The notes under the pieces were generated by a model. It saw only the letters and a program-made list of their open reading frames with translations. It did no database searches and was not told the DNA's origin. Below, one piece after another: positions 47,257-62,055 of a DNA stretch of 64,000 nt. The position numbers and the translations under genes are program-made. The stretch is from Somniosus microcephalus (taxonomy: Eukaryota), in the NCBI GenBank assembly GCA_052327205.1, contig CM126222.1:55924001-55988000 (forward strand). Direction: 5' to 3'. Numbering within the stretch: the first letter of the stretch is position 1; each line of letters opens with the position of its first letter.

Positions 47257-47620
47257 AGCGATGCGAGAAGCTGGACGGGCGCCGCTTGACCTTCTGCTAA
47301 CTGCAGATCGCTTCACCGCGGCGCTCTCCTCCCCGTCTGCAGGCTCAGCTTTGCTTTCTGTTTTTTTTGGTTGTTGTGGCTCCCTTTCCGAGCGGGCTTT
47401 TCTGTCCCCCCCCCTTGGATCTAGACTCCGTGGTCAGCGATCTTTCTACTCTCTCTCTCTCTCTCTCACTCTCTCTGCTGCAGAGCCGGCAACGCAAAAG
47501 CGCAGCAACACAACGCTGTGGCGTCAGGAGCTTGAGCTGTCAATCAATTCAGCCCCGCCTGAGGTCGGAGAATCTAACTACAGCACCAAATACGGGCAAG
47601 ACGCAGCCTTGTATGGTAAT
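47200..47620 (-). promoter_or_regulatory. CBX4 CpG-rich promoter and 5' UTR
   Basis: CpG-dense; (CT)n tract, TGACGCCA CRE-like site, GC box CCCCGCC, two CArG-like boxes at 47586 and 47607. Confidence 0.6.
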
Positions 47621-50600
47621 GGCAGAAAGATAAATTATTTTTTTCCCAAATTAAGGACGACATGAAAATGAACACCAGGAGACTGTGCTTTCCCCTCTCT
47701 CTCCCTTTCTCTTCTAATTGTGACTATTGCCTCGCATCTAAACAATGTAATTCCCCGGGCTCGCAGTGTTGTGCCACTGCGATGTGCAAATGTCTTTCGT
47801 GTCCTTTTCTAATTGGCTATGCATCGGGCTAGAAATGTCTTGCGTTCTTTGAGAAACCTGCTTCATTCCTGACTTGCATCAAAGCGCGTCACAGTTATAT
47901 TTCATTTTACCTACTCCCAGATAACTAACACTGACACAATCTTACTCTATTGTGCGCAGATTTTGTGAAGTATATAGTACCGTTAGTCAGCTTGCCACCC
48001 CCACCCCCTCCCAATATATGATGCACGATCATGGCAATATTAATGATTATGGCACCGTGCTATCATGTTAGTCAATGTTCATTTGTCTCAGTGACTTGTG
48101 ATTTAGTGCTGTCCATTATGGTGGAGTGTTACATGATAGAACCTTTGAAACGAGCACACAATACTCTTCCTCATTCAAAGAGCAACCATGGCTCCTTCTG
48201 GTAGGGCATTGCCAATTTCTAGCTGTGACTCTGCCAGCATTCAGTATTTAAAATAGGAAAGCCTTCAGAACACAATACCGCGGTAACAAGTTTTGCTTTG
48301 CTGTCCATGGGCTTATGTTTCACCTAACCTAAATAAATATGAGAAATATCAATCAATGTGCATCGATTATTTTTTACGATCGCTATGCAATTAGTTACAG
48401 AAGGTAAACAGAAGCCTTGTATAGGAATTAAGTTCGAATGAATGATTGAAGGCAACTCGCACTGATATTAACGCAACTTCCAAGATGTCCATCTCTCTGA
48501 GCGGTGATTTTTAATACTGCAAAAGCTAAGAGACAAAAATCCATTGGCACAAATTAGAAATTGAAGGATTTCAGACAAACCGCTTGGGAGAGGCAACATA
48601 GTCGCTGAAAAAGCGCAGCTCATCCCATCCCCCTCCCCATCGCTCTCGACTCGAATTTATCAACACTCAACATGCTTCTGACACAGCGTGCCCATATTAG
48701 GATATTGGTCACGGACGAAATGTGTAACTGTTGTTGCGTACGCCCGGTATGCTTTAATGATTAAACATACTTTCTATTGAATGCAACAATTAATCGCAAT
48801 GTTTACACATATTTAAAAGAGAATGTATAAATGTAATAAACATTTATTCTGGTGCCCACTCCCACTTCTAAACCGATTGGGAAATGTTACTAGCAATAGG
48901 TGAATAATATACCTGGAGAAAAATGTCGAAACTGTTATTTCATGTGATGATGGGAAAGGCAGTCGTCACCACGATTAACACGTGGCTAATTGGCTAAGAG
49001 AAGGTTGAACCTTGCGAGTTTTATTGTAATTATTATCCAAGGTATGTTATGTCCTGGTCTTGCAGTCTTTTCCCTGACCCAGCATACTGTTTGATATTAT
49101 TGGTATTCTACATGGATCTTTAGACAAACCCAGTCACTGCACCTACTCACACATGCCGTTACTGTAATAACAGCTAGTCTTCTTGTGGTTTGTTACTGTT
49201 GGCCTTCAGGGGATGTTTGGAGTCATCAATCTAAAAGGTTTGCAAGCAAAAGGTTAAGTTTGCATACAATAAAAAACCCAACACCGAATAAAATGCCAAG
49301 CAAGCAAATATACACAGTACAAGCAAAATATCATCAATGGTCAGCGACTCTTAGCACCAGGATTAGTAACTGTTCGTGCAGAGGCCCACGAATACAACAG
49401 GGTTTGAATTAATTGTTTTTATTACTGGTAGCACTTATTTGTATTTAAGTCAGTCAATGGGTTATATGGTTGGCACTTATTAATGGATTTTTACATTTCA
49501 CTGAAATATTTCTTGCAATTATCTGCCCTACACAAAGAACTGAGGAATAGTATGCTTCAGCATAGTATCAGGGTAATTGAAGTTTGCTGAATTTATTATG
49601 AAATACTCAGCATGTCAAACTTGGCAGGGATACTGTAAACATAGCCTGACTGTTCATAAATAAATGTAGGCTCATTCCAAAGCAGATGATCCTGTTCTTC
49701 TCATGACAGTTACATGATATAGGTAAATACTTGCTTTGGTGTAAATACAAGCCATATGATGTCATTTTAAATTACTGGAAATAATGACCTAGCAGTTTGG
49801 CTACACAACCCTGACAATAACATAACTTTATTTTAGGTACATATATCTTCATATTAGAAAAGAAGGAACAAGAATATTTCCCTTAACATTAATGTACATA
49901 TATTACTGCTGAGTAGACCATGTTAGTAGTTATTGCATTATATGTTCTAGTCCACAAACAAGGATACAATTCAGAACTTTTACATTCAACGTGTTTAATG
50001 AAGGGACATTGAGCATGAAGTTTAATCTAAAACAACAGTGTCAGTAGAGTTGACTTAGTATTTGGACTAATACTTTTCAGCATTTGTTCTTAAGCCTCAT
50101 CATATTGGATGGAACATAGTAAAGAATAATTAATTCCATGAACAATAACAGGATCTATATTATGGTCAGAAAGTTTGTTAATTATATTATGATCAGTTAA
50201 ATAGAAAGATTACTTGTAATTAATTTAAATGAATTCTTGTACATTTATAGTTGGCAAAGCATGTATGCATCATTTCATCTTAGACATGTGCAACTCATAC
50301 ATTGTTTATGGTGCTAAAATAATGTGGATCAAAGGTTGCAAAAACTCTCATATCATCTCCTCTGATCAACAGTAAATGTCATAATCCATGTGAGGTATTG
50401 CAGCTCTTCTAAATTGATACCCAGTACTTCGGTGTCTTTTTGTGATTAACTTTCCATCTAGTCTTGGGTTTTCTCCTTCCTGTTAAAATCCATTAACTCT
50501 CAGGGAATCTACTATGAAAGGCAATAAGATGTGCAGAGCATGTCAGCTTCTTAATTCATTAAAACATTATTTGAGTTATTAATTCCATGACTTAAACTTG

Positions 50601-53600
50601 CTTATAAGCGAATAGGTGATTTAATTTTTGAATCACTTGATATTCCTTGGCATCGAAACAAACAATGGTTGCTCTCCAGCCTGTATTCAGTGGGTAAGGA
50701 AAAAAGATAGAATATTCAATTAGAGGCACATACCAACCCAACACAATAATGTAAAAAGATAACAAAGTATTTCTACAGGACTTTATTTTAATTAGACATT
50801 TTTCAACTTCATCAGCTATCATCTGCTAATTTATCAGAATTTCAACAAGGTTTGGTCATTGCCCAGGCATTATATATTGGTGACTTAAATACTAAACTAC
50901 CATGTTAATTGTATCTACTAGCTTGATTACATTCCTATTATTATATAAATTTGCTAATGATTGCAACTACGAAGTGGCTTAACTCAACTTTCCCATGTTG
51001 GCGTTAGTATCTTGTCACCATACTTTTTAATTAAAATGTTTTAAATTGGACACTTTGAACCACGTAGAATTTCCGCTTTCAATAATTATTTAGTTTATTT
51101 ACTTTATTTCAACAAAATAAGGATGAGTGCTTCTAATAATTAACTGGAATTTTGACCTATGAGTAATATAAGGCTTTTTGGGCTTGCACTTGAACATTCC
51201 TTCATTGTATTTATAGACCAATGAACTGATCAAACAGCGGGCCGAAAGAATTGCCATGATTCTGTTAGAGGCCATGTATTACATTGTTGACCAGTTTTTT
51301 CCAAGAGAACTAACAGTGAATGGTTTTCTTTAAATCTCAATGATTAGAATTGCGCAAATTATTTGCCCACATTTTAAAAGAGTCGTAGAACTAATGTAGA
51401 ACTTCTGACACAGAGAAGTTTTCAACCCATTTTCATTCTTGCTTCAGCTTCAGAAGATAATTTCTTGTAAATCCCTTTGCAATAAAAGAACATTATGAAT
51501 TCTCAATTTAACACATCAATGCATCAATCTCGAAATTATGCTTACAAGTGGTGGCACTATAGTGATGATAGTGAAGCTAATAGCATCTGGCACAACGTTT
51601 CATAGTAAAGGGAGACCACCATTACACAAATATAACAATTGTAAAATACCAGCATCCACTCTATATACAACTTGGTTTAGTGAATGTTATTAAAATGAAT
51701 TGTACATAACACATTTTTTTGGGTCTGAATGCAAACTCATTCTCTATTCAAGGAAACCTCCTGGCTCAAGTAATTGTGCAGCATACTCCTTCACCCAATA
51801 TGTTCTAGCACCAATTAATTTGTACATTTCATCTACATAGTAAACATTGTTCTAAGCAATGCTTTCCCTTTACATAGAAGGAGCCATTAAATACTTTGGA
51901 GAGATCATTAGTGCTCTTATCATTATGTGATGATACAACTATCAATGCTGTACATGGGAAACTCGAACTGTTAAAGATAGCTTTGCAGAATGGAAATTAA
52001 GCAGTTGCCCAGTTTCAGTCATTATGATAAAACAGATGGTATGTTTTTCCATCTGCATTAGCAATGCCTGGAGGTGCAACAGCATTGGCATGGGGTGTGC
52101 ACATTTCCTCAGGAATTTTTGAGGATCCAAATATCATTAAATTCCACATTATGTGTTCTGGCTGATTCATCATTGCTCGCTAGTCCAAATTGTAAGATTG
52201 GTCCAGGGTATCTGAGGACCTGTTGGATTCCTGGAAGGAAGTAGTTCAGACAAATTCATCATGTTGTTTCATAAGATGATAACTATTGTAGATCCTCAAG
52301 CTATTATATTTGAAGTAGAAATACTTCCTGCTTTAGTAAAGAATTGCCTTGCTTCAAGTTGCAACTGGTGACTATGGATTGATCTTCTGCCACATCTGAG
52401 GATTAACTTAATCTGGGACACCTGACTATAGATGTAATAACTAGTACTGAAAAATACCTAGGCTTTTGGATAATCTTTCTGTTAAAATATGTCAGGTTTT
52501 ATTGGAAATTTCACAAAATTGAACTTCTCAGTGACCAACAGAAGATCTAGGAAAATGACCATCTTACAGACTGTAATAAAAGAAAAAGCACCATCAAATA
52601 TTGTTATCTTCTCCACATTTCAGTCATTGTTACCATTGTAACACTGTCTAGTGATAGATGGCCACTAACGTGTAAGTGAAAACATCAATTTTGAGCATCT
52701 TTTCTGAAGGTGACATTCTGAAAATCTTGCTGGGAGCTAGATTTTGAATGGATGATATATAGCGTGATTGCATCTCCGGTGTTCTCACTTAAGCTGCAGG
52801 GCATGGATAGTGCCCAACATACTGCGTTTGTTTTTCATTTTGTAATATATAGAAATTTCATGTCATGTATTTTCTCTAGAGTATCGGGAACTTCAGAAGC
52901 TTCCTTCCTTTGTAAAGGTTCATATGCATACAAGCATAAATTCAAAGCTCAATCACAATTTAATAAAACAGCTGTCCAATGTTATCCCAGAAAATGATAT
53001 TTTTAGAAAATTGTTAATATACCTGATGGAAATAGTAAAAGACAATGTTGATGATGCTTAGCCCAAACCAATTACAATCTGATTGATTTATTTCCGGTAC
53101 ATGAGCCAAATTGCTACAGTTGTTTGCTGACATGATTTATATTGGGCTTGCTATTTATTTAGTTGGTTAATTGATAAATCGGTTAACAAATACCAAGTCC
53201 CAAATTGCAGGGAGAGTAAAAACTCATCTCGTTTAGTTGTCATAATACAACCTTCCTACCACGTTACACAAATTACCAATGGCTCAACCAATGGCGGAGG
53301 AAAGGTTGGGCGTCGGGAAGGTGAATCCTTTGGTTCTTCTTTCCAGCAAGTAGGAGTATGACCATCAAGCCATTTTCAAAGCATTTAGATATCACTACTT
53401 AATGGGTCAATTGGTTCTTTGTAAATTATTCCAGCATGGAACCCCAATCATAAACCATCATTAAAGATGCATAACCTTAAAGATGTCGAGATGCCGAGTT
53501 GAATGGCAGTACTGTTTCCTAATGTATAGGAATGAGCAAATGGAAGGTGTAGATTGCACGTAAGTAAAGACGACGTGGAAGCACCGCGTATTAGATGCCA

Positions 53601-54809
53601 ACGTCTGTTAAAGCCGATTGAAAATGTGTTAAATAGAAGGACAGTGACCTATTGGCAGATAATGGATGATAATCTTTGATTGAAACGTGGCTTTTTTGTG
53701 GTCAATACGTTCTTAAAGTTATTTGTTTTCATTGGCAAAACTATTATTTTTACCAATTTTTTTTCACACCCAGTTTATAACCGGAGTCCGGAATCCGACA
53801 TTATACAGGACTACCAACCTTTAGCCGTCTCGTGCGAACTCTTTAATTACACTATTCAGCTTCGAAGAATTCAGGTTTAAAAATAACGTTTTAGTCGCAA
53901 TTGCTGACCTGAGCAACCACAGTGTCATCATATGACAAATATGGGTCATTTTACCAGTTCCGATGATGCATGAAGCTTTTCAAGATGGCTAAGGCATGCG
54001 ACAGTGAATGTGCTGTTCCAATTGATCGATTAATTCAATCATGTATTAATATGAAAGTTGATGGTATATGATTTATAATATCGGGGATAATTTCAAGTCT
54101 AATTCCAAGCCTATAGGGCAGTCCTTGTCTCTCGAATGGGATAAATCAGCAACGTACGACTTAAGTCCAAATGAATGAGACACGTCAGGTGTGGACTGAA
54201 TGCTTCATTTGATGCATTTTTATATATTTAAGTAACTAGCCATAAATATTGTCAACAGTATCAGTGTCCATATCAAAATGTAGTCTCCAGAAATTTCTTT
54301 CTTTTTCCCCACCACTCGGAAAAGCTACTCCATTAAAAAAAAACATAAAGACGGTAAAACAGCCAAGACAGAAACCGCCATTTTCTGAGCCCTTGTATTT
54401 CATTTGATCACTGCCACTATGTGCATAGCTGTTTTGTACGTTAAAATATGCAAATTGTGACTAAGAGCCTGTCAAAAAGATGTGCTGATAATTCAGAAAA
54501 GGCAAAATATTCAACGTTATTTGAATGTTTAACCATTCATAATGCGGGTTTCAGTTGGAACAGATACAGTATTGTGGGGTTTTCTCCTCCTACTCGGTCA
54601 GTTGGTCTGCCACTCATTGGATTATCCAGCAAAATCCCAATGTTTTCACGCAAGGGGCTGGAGTAATACCTTTGTTGCCGGTTCTGTACATTACACCAGT
54701 CCAACAAGGGCACTAGAATTCATATTTCATTAGACCAAAGGGCCATCAACCCGCAATATACTGTAAAAGATACTTCCAGTTCTAAAGGGTAAGTTAGTTA
54801 GATAGGGTG

Positions 54810-55000
54810 ATAACGATCTCCGGAGATTTGCTTGATTGCCTTAAGGGTGGGAGAGGAATTTCTCGCTTTTTCGTAAACTAGCCTCAGTTTTTGCATCTTC
54901 TGGGAGAATGCGCGTTTGAGGGGTGAGGGAATGGTGTAGTGGTTGCATCTAGATGGGATTGGTTTCATGGTCTGTTGCCGCCCTTTCCCTATATTTGTAA
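54810..55000 (+). mobile_element. Old copy of the CR1 3' UTR module seen at 14630-14790
   Basis: GATCTCC...GATTGCCTTAAGGGTGGGAGAGGAATTTC aligns by eye with GATCTGC...GATCGCCTAGATGGGTCGGAGAGGAATTTCC. Confidence 0.5.
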
Positions 55001-55229
55001 TGGCATTGGACCCGTAAATACATTAAAGGTCCAATGATGATATTTTAATTCCATACTACTGATAACTTGTGTTTGATTTCTTGATAGTGTGTAAGGTCTA
55101 CTGCTGCCTGGTTTTGAAAGAACTTCGAAACGGATTCTTGGCAATGAAGTTCAATGCACTGTTCACTCCCTGAACCTTTAACGTAGATAAATATTCAACC
55201 ACCCGATATCTTCAAAAGAGCCTTAAGGA

Positions 55230-55510
55230 GGTTGGAGTAGTGCAGTGGGGAGGAACACTCAGGGACAACTGCGGGATTTAAATCCAACCGAGACAGATGA
55301 CTTGGAAGTATTTTGTCTCATGACTTGAGAGAACTCAGTGACAAGTCTTCAGGTAGTTCCAGCTCGGTTCGCAGCAGATCACCAGTCAAAACCGTCCTCA
55401 CTGGGGTCAGCTAAGCAACCACTCAGGTAAGACACGTGGACAAGCGCATAGGATAGAATGGAAGGTTGCACGTCGGCAAGTGTTGCAATCCAACTCCCAC
55501 GATTAAATAA
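55230..55510 (+). mobile_element. Degenerate tRNA-derived SINE
   Basis: A-box-like TAGTGCAGTGG, B-box-like GGATTTAAATCC, A-rich end. Confidence 0.4.
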
Positions 55511-58500
55511 AAATTGGGTTAGTGATGACTCATTTGCGATAAATAGAGATCTGTTTTGCTCAGAAGTCCGCCGTTCAATTTCCTAACAATACAGTATGCC
55601 AAGATGATTGGAAATAGCGTTTTTCTTGCATTTATTTTGTGAGGAGTTACCCCTTTGTTCAAGTAAACTGCAGTCATTTTATTAGCATTGATGAAATCGA
55701 CCAAAGAGAAGAGGTCTTCAATAAATCAATGAGAGATAGGTGCTATAGCAACCTACCAGTAGCTATGTTTGTTGCTTAGTTCATGGCCATTTTTGCAATT
55801 AATCGATAGTGTAGCAAACTCTTCTGGCGATGCTTAAGATTTTAAACCTTAACCCGCAAATTCAGCCCACGGTCCTTTCAGACAGTTGTGCCACTTTGAT
55901 CACCAAACATGGGACTAACAACTTCCTTCATTTTCGAGCCTAGTCCTTCCAGTTCATGTGCGTGCTCTTTAATATTACTGGCACTGCTCATGCAGCGAGC
56001 CACCTGCCTGCCCCTCGCTGTGGTTGAGCGGTTTGACCTTAAAAACGAAACTCTTCTCCATTTGCAATCAGCAATCATTTGCTGGCAGGCACTTGCTGAT
56101 ATCTGAGGGCTTTCTCTCTCTCTCCCTCTCTCTTTCAGTCTGCTCCCTTTAAGTCATATCTTATACGTTTAATTAATACAGTAAGATGTATTTTTGACAT
56201 TTGTCAACAGCATTAAATAGTTAAAAGTGCAATTAAGATGAATAGTTAAAGTCCGAGAAAAAGACGTCTGTGTATTGTCACTCGCATTTAGAGCGTAATG
56301 TGCATCAATGCCACATCATAGGGGATAAAGAGCATGATTAGGATTTAAAGGATATTGATTACATGTCCAGTTGTGATCGTAAAAATAATGCATGATGCAC
56401 AAAACACTGGGCAAATTAAGCAGTGAGATTGTCTTCAATGCTAATTTTCTTCAACAAATGGTTTCTGGTGCGTATGTATTTTAATTAAAAGAATAAATAG
56501 TGATAGGCTCGATTAAAATACGATTAAAATCATGGGCACAGACATGATTTGCTCTGCGAACCATCGGTTATAGTTGGGGTACTAGAGAGACGAGTTTCAA
56601 TGAGTCGAACAGCATTTTCTACTCCCTGACTTTTCCTATGATAAAAAAACGTATCTGACTATGAAAACCCTGATGTTGAGGGATACGCTTCATTTATATT
56701 GACATCTATAGAATGAGGCGAGCTTATACAAACTATAGTCAAATCCACTTGTATGCAATATATGTAAAGTGTTGACCGGAGCACTGGGCTCCCAGTTACC
56801 TCTGATGTTGTCAGTACTGAGTGTTTGGGTTATCATTAACCTTTCAATATCCGCCATTTTGATTTAATGTCACGCTAACACGTTGAGACATTGCTCTGCC
56901 GCTGATAAATACTGTCATGGTTCTCAGCTGGGCTGTTGACAGAGCGAGGCTCAATGCACATTTGCATTTTGCAAAAACCTCACTGTTTTTGTTTTAAATG
57001 TGGAGGCGCTAACAAAGGACCGATTGTAAAATTGCAGAGCCCGGCTAGGTTAGAATGTGAGTGTGTGCCAGCGGTGCATTCTGAGGCAGCCCTGCCACTG
57101 ACTGCAGCCTGTGTGCAGCTCTTTCGGTTAAAATGCCCCTGCACCGTGTTTGTTACTCCGGAAGCCCGGCAGTTCTCGGGACCTCCCCAACACCATTTGG
57201 GCAGCAACTGGTTCCCCCATATCTCACGTACTCATATACGTTTTTTTTCCATTGATGTGGCGGTACCTTTTATTAAGCTATATGAAATGTTAAAATAAAA
57301 CCTTAACCAAAGTGGCTAACCCCGAGCCCTAAAGGTAGCCTTAACCTTAACTGTTATTGAGTGCCGTGTCTCTCTGGGAATACGGCTATTCTACAGTTTG
57401 ATTGTCAAACTTTTAAAGCGTGTCTAAAACAACAATTAATTGTTCCTGTACACGCCGATTAAAGTGCAATTATATTTGTTTAACTGTTGTAATCATGTCA
57501 GTAGACTTAAATTATAGATCTATAATAACAACCTTATGGCCATTGCGAACGATTACAAGTTTTCAAAGTCAATCCCTTTTGCTATATCTGTGCGATCAAA
57601 TAGATTAAAGAGGCCCCGCAGGAAAGGTGCGGTGGGGGAGACTTCTGGGCACAGTACCAGAATTACAGGTTGGAGAGGGAAATGCCTGGTGCTGCCCCGC
57701 ACAGAGGGGGGGGGGGGGGGGGTCGGGTCAAACCCTGTCTATCATCGGATTACAGCTACAGCCGCATCAACCCACGGACACACACACAGCAAATGTTTGA
57801 TTTCTAATTCAAGCCTTTATTGCGACATCCTTAGCTGTAAGCAGACTGAATTAAGTGGCTAGTAACACTTTATACCCCATCCCCTGAACCTGGCTGGAAG
57901 CCCCTGGGGGGATCAGTCATATTGAAACACGCCGAGAATAGGGTTCAAGTGCGGTATCGGGACACATAGGCAGCCACACTATTGCAGCTGTGCAGCTATA
58001 CCGCAGCTCACAAGACGTTAGGAGCTGTTGTGACATCTGAGTAGAAACGATGATTTTAATGTAAATTCAAGTTATTTAAATACATTGGTCGATTTTAGGT
58101 CAGATTTCAGGCTCCTTATCAAAGATTAATCCTCAAATAATGATTCCATTGTGAAGGTAAATCGGGATTCTTTGCTCCAGTGGGAGATTATACCTCCAGT
58201 CTCCACAGCACGTACACCCAAATTATTTGAGTGTTGTATTATTGGAGTGAGCTGTTTAACGAAGTCCCTTTCCTTTAAGACATCCTCAGTGATAGCAGAG
58301 GGCACGGGCTGGGCTTTAATGACTGATTGTGCTGAGCAGTTTATTTGGGAAAGGGGAAGCGGCGGGAGGTTCAGTGCATGGAAACCAAGGAGGCCACAGC
58401 GCGGGTTCTGGGAGAAGACCTTCAGCAATCCAGGTCGCTAAAGTGCCAGGTGCCGGTGGGGGAGAGCGCTCCGCCACCTGTATTACTACACCTCGTTATC

Positions 58501-61476
58501 ATTAAAACATTTACTGGGATTTAAAGGGATGACGTTTTCTCTTTACACTCCTAAACTTCCCCCACTCAATCCAGATGCGGTTGTTTTATCTTTGTGGACC
58601 GTGTAAGTTTGTTATTGGCCGATCAGCCGCAGCATCCACTGACGCAGCCGCTGCAATGTGGTGTATTTATAGTAACAGACAACCGGCGTGCAGATGCCAA
58701 TCTCTCCGATCTCCGGCTAGAGGGTTGCCGGCTTGGCACGGGTTTATGAACCGGCGTTTCTCTGAAACACCAGTCCACAATTTGCACACCGACAGTTTGT
58801 ACTGCCACACGTAGAATGAGTCCCTTTCCAATTGGTGCAGTCGCTGTAAATGGGCAAGTTTCGCTTCAGGTTCACTGTGGAGCATGCAGCACAGCGCCGA
58901 GCTTAAACCCCAGCCAAGTGTTCCCAGCTTTACTCAAATCAAAGCACACACAGAGAGAAAATATACTATCAATGACTCTATTCTGAACTTGCTTCTACTC
59001 GCACAGACACGGTGTCAGTCACTGTCACCAGGCTCTTCGCCAACCCCTTTCACTCCCCTTCTCCTTAAATCCAGTTATTTTTAAAATGATATATATGTTG
59101 TTTTAGGACCTCTCTCTTGGAATTGGTCCCCTTTCTTTTACAACCAGTTCTTTCCCTCATTCTAACACCTATCTGCTCTCATGTTTCTTGTCATCATATT
59201 CTACTGTTGCCATTATTCCTTTAATTTACGCCATTCATCTTCAGAAAGTCTTGTTCAAATTCAGCAGTAAGTTCTGACTCGGCGCCAGACTGCGCACCGA
59301 CAATAATGGCTTGCGTTTCCCGTGGCCTGTGTGGCTCGGCCTGCGGCCAGCCTTTGACGCACATTATTTGTCTCGAGGCTCTGGAGACACTTTCCGTTTG
59401 CGTCAGATCTGAGCCCCGGCTCCAGCGCAACCGTCCGGGGACCCGGGACGAATTCGGTGGTTGCTGCTGTTCTCTAAGTGAAAGGAAAGTAGAAAGAAAT
59501 CAGTCAGTGCAAAAGTCGGTCACCTCCCCACCCACAGATATGGACGAGCAACCAAATTTACACTGAATAGAAATTCTATCCTGGGGCCCTCAGGTTAAAC
59601 ACAAGGCTCAATGTCACGCCACCGCCCACTGATCCAGTGGTTGTTTGGGGCAGGTAGCGGTGTAATCGCTGTACGTGTGAGTGGGTGTTTATGGGTGCTT
59701 GTGCTTTGACCTTGGTGACGAGCGAAATGGTTCAAGGTATTGACTTCACGGAAAATTGTCTCGCAAGCCAGTTCTCGTTTGCAGAGTCCGTGAAGGCAAC
59801 AATTGCATCACAAAGACAGGCTAACGCGGTTCAATATTGTCACCTCCTGCGTTTGACGTCCCTCCATTTGTTTACAAACTCCTTTTTCATGCAGACAGGA
59901 GCTCTTTGAATCGTCGCCGGCCCTCAGCCCCGCACCAGAAGCAGAATGGGTCCAGATATCCTGTCTCCAGATTTGACACTATGAAGCAATGCATTAATAG
60001 GGTACAAAGGCATCTAGCAATGGAATTGCAACGTTTAACGCACGTTAAAATATAACGTATTATACTAAACATTTGCAGAAACCGCATTTGCCCATAAGGA
60101 AACAGAGGTTCTTGTATGTGAACCAGTTCATCTCATGTAGATTGCAGCACTCTAGTGTGGTAGAATGGAGGATCTTCACTCTAGGGACATAGGGTACACG
60201 TATTCACCGCATTTGCGATCAAGATTACAGCCTGAAAATCATGGGATGCTCCACGGCATTACATTCCTGAACTCCCCAGGATAGAATTTCTATTCAGTGT
60301 AAATTTGGTTGCTCGTCCATATATGTGGCACATGTACTTTGGCAGTTATTTGCACAATCTATGTAGCACGCTGAGTGTTTTGGTAAATCCTCCCCTCTTG
60401 TCCACACATTTCATTCTTCAGCAAACCCCTTTTAGTTTTGCACGATGTAAATAACAGAGGGTACGTGTGATAGGAAAATTGAACCTTGAATGGCACTGGC
60501 CACACAAAGTCAAAGTACAGTATGCCCAGTCAGTCCACAAGTTGTTTAAATGCCATCTCACATTAAGCCCCAGGTAATACTCTATTTATATAATAGCTCA
60601 AGAATGTTCGTATTTAAAAATACATTTTTTTAAAAATTAGGAGCCGCCTCATATTTGTGGCAGAGGTGCATGGTGAGTTAGTCAGTGTAGTGGAAGTTGG
60701 GGTTGAGCCCTCGTGATGTGTGGATGTTTCACTGGCTCTGACATTTGTCATATTTTCATCTGTTTAACCTGGTGCAAAGAGTTTTTGTATTAGGATAGTT
60801 GTACTTTGTAGCTTGATTTTCCGCTCTCGAGTGATAGCAGCAGTGAAAAGCCTAGCCAGATGGCATCATTTGCTAATGGTGAAAAGCAGTCCATAAGAAA
60901 GTGGCATCACATTGGAGGCCTCAGCCATTTCTATAGTCACACAACAAACTGAAATGATTAGTATTACTGATAAAGGTGAATGTGGCAGTGGAAACACAAT
61001 CTATCAAATTCAAATGGCAAAGTTTAAACTTGAAAAAAATAGAATGTGCTTATATTATGTAGAAAATCTGCAAACCTCTCTGAAATTTTCCTGACAGGTA
61101 TCAAGTCAAGGTGTTCAGATGATAAATACCAGAGTGCCGACTGTGGTGAGAAGCAAAACAATCTCCTAAGAAATATCAGTTTTATGATATATCATCAAGC
61201 TAATTTTTACATTGAACTAAAGAAAACATGTACATATAAAACTTATGGATCTTCTGTGATGTTGTTCATGGTTAGTCAGTGGGAAAGTGGTGGTGGGGGA
61301 GAGGCTGGGAACTAGGTGAAGAGTGAGGCAGGTGGTGGCAATGGGGTATAGGAGAGGCCCAGGAAAAAGGGAGGGCAAGGTAGGTGTCAGCTATGGCAGG
61401 TAGGAGAGGTGGGCAAAGCAGGCTAAGAGAAGTCACAGCACCATCTCTGAAGCTCATAAAAATAACAGGCATTACT

Positions 61477-62055
61477 CTTTTTTTTAAATTTGTTTTTATG
61501 GGATGTGGGCGTCGCTGGCGAGGCCAGCATTTATTGCCCATCCTTAATTGCCCTTGAGAAGGTGGTGGTGAGCTGCAGTCCGTGTGGTGAAGATACTCCC
61601 AGAGTGCTGTTAGGTAGGGAGTTCCAGGATTTTGACCCAGCGACGATGAAGGATCAGCGATATACTTCTAAGTCAGGATGGTGTGTGAATTGGAGGGGTA
61701 CTTGGGAGGTGGTGGTGTTCCCATACGCCTGCTGCCCTTGTCCTTCTAGGTGGAAAAGGTCGCGGGTTTGGGAGGTGCTACCAAAGAAGCCTTGGTGAGT
61801 TTCTGCAGTGCATCTTGTAGATGGTACACACAGCAGCCACGGTATGGCAGTGGTGGAGGGAGTGAATGTTTAAGGTGGTAGATGGGGTGCCAATCAAATG
61901 GGCTGCTTTGTCCTGGATGGTGCCGAGCTTCTCAAGTGTTGTTGGAGCTGCACTCATCAAAGCAAGTGGCGAGTATTCCATCACACTCCTTACTTGTGCC
62001 TTGTAGGTGGTGGAAAGGCTTTGGGGAGTCAGGAGGTGGGACACTCACCGCAGAA
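61477..62055 (-). mobile_element. LINE family B 3' end (second copy)
   Basis: Reverse complement of 25460-25519 plus 28261-28774; ORF SHLLTPQSLSTTYKAQVRSVMEYSPLALM. Confidence 0.88.

Noticed and set aside
47210-47665. 151-aa plus-strand ORF over the promoter
   Set aside because: GC-rich antisense frame spanning a (CT)n tract; no domain features
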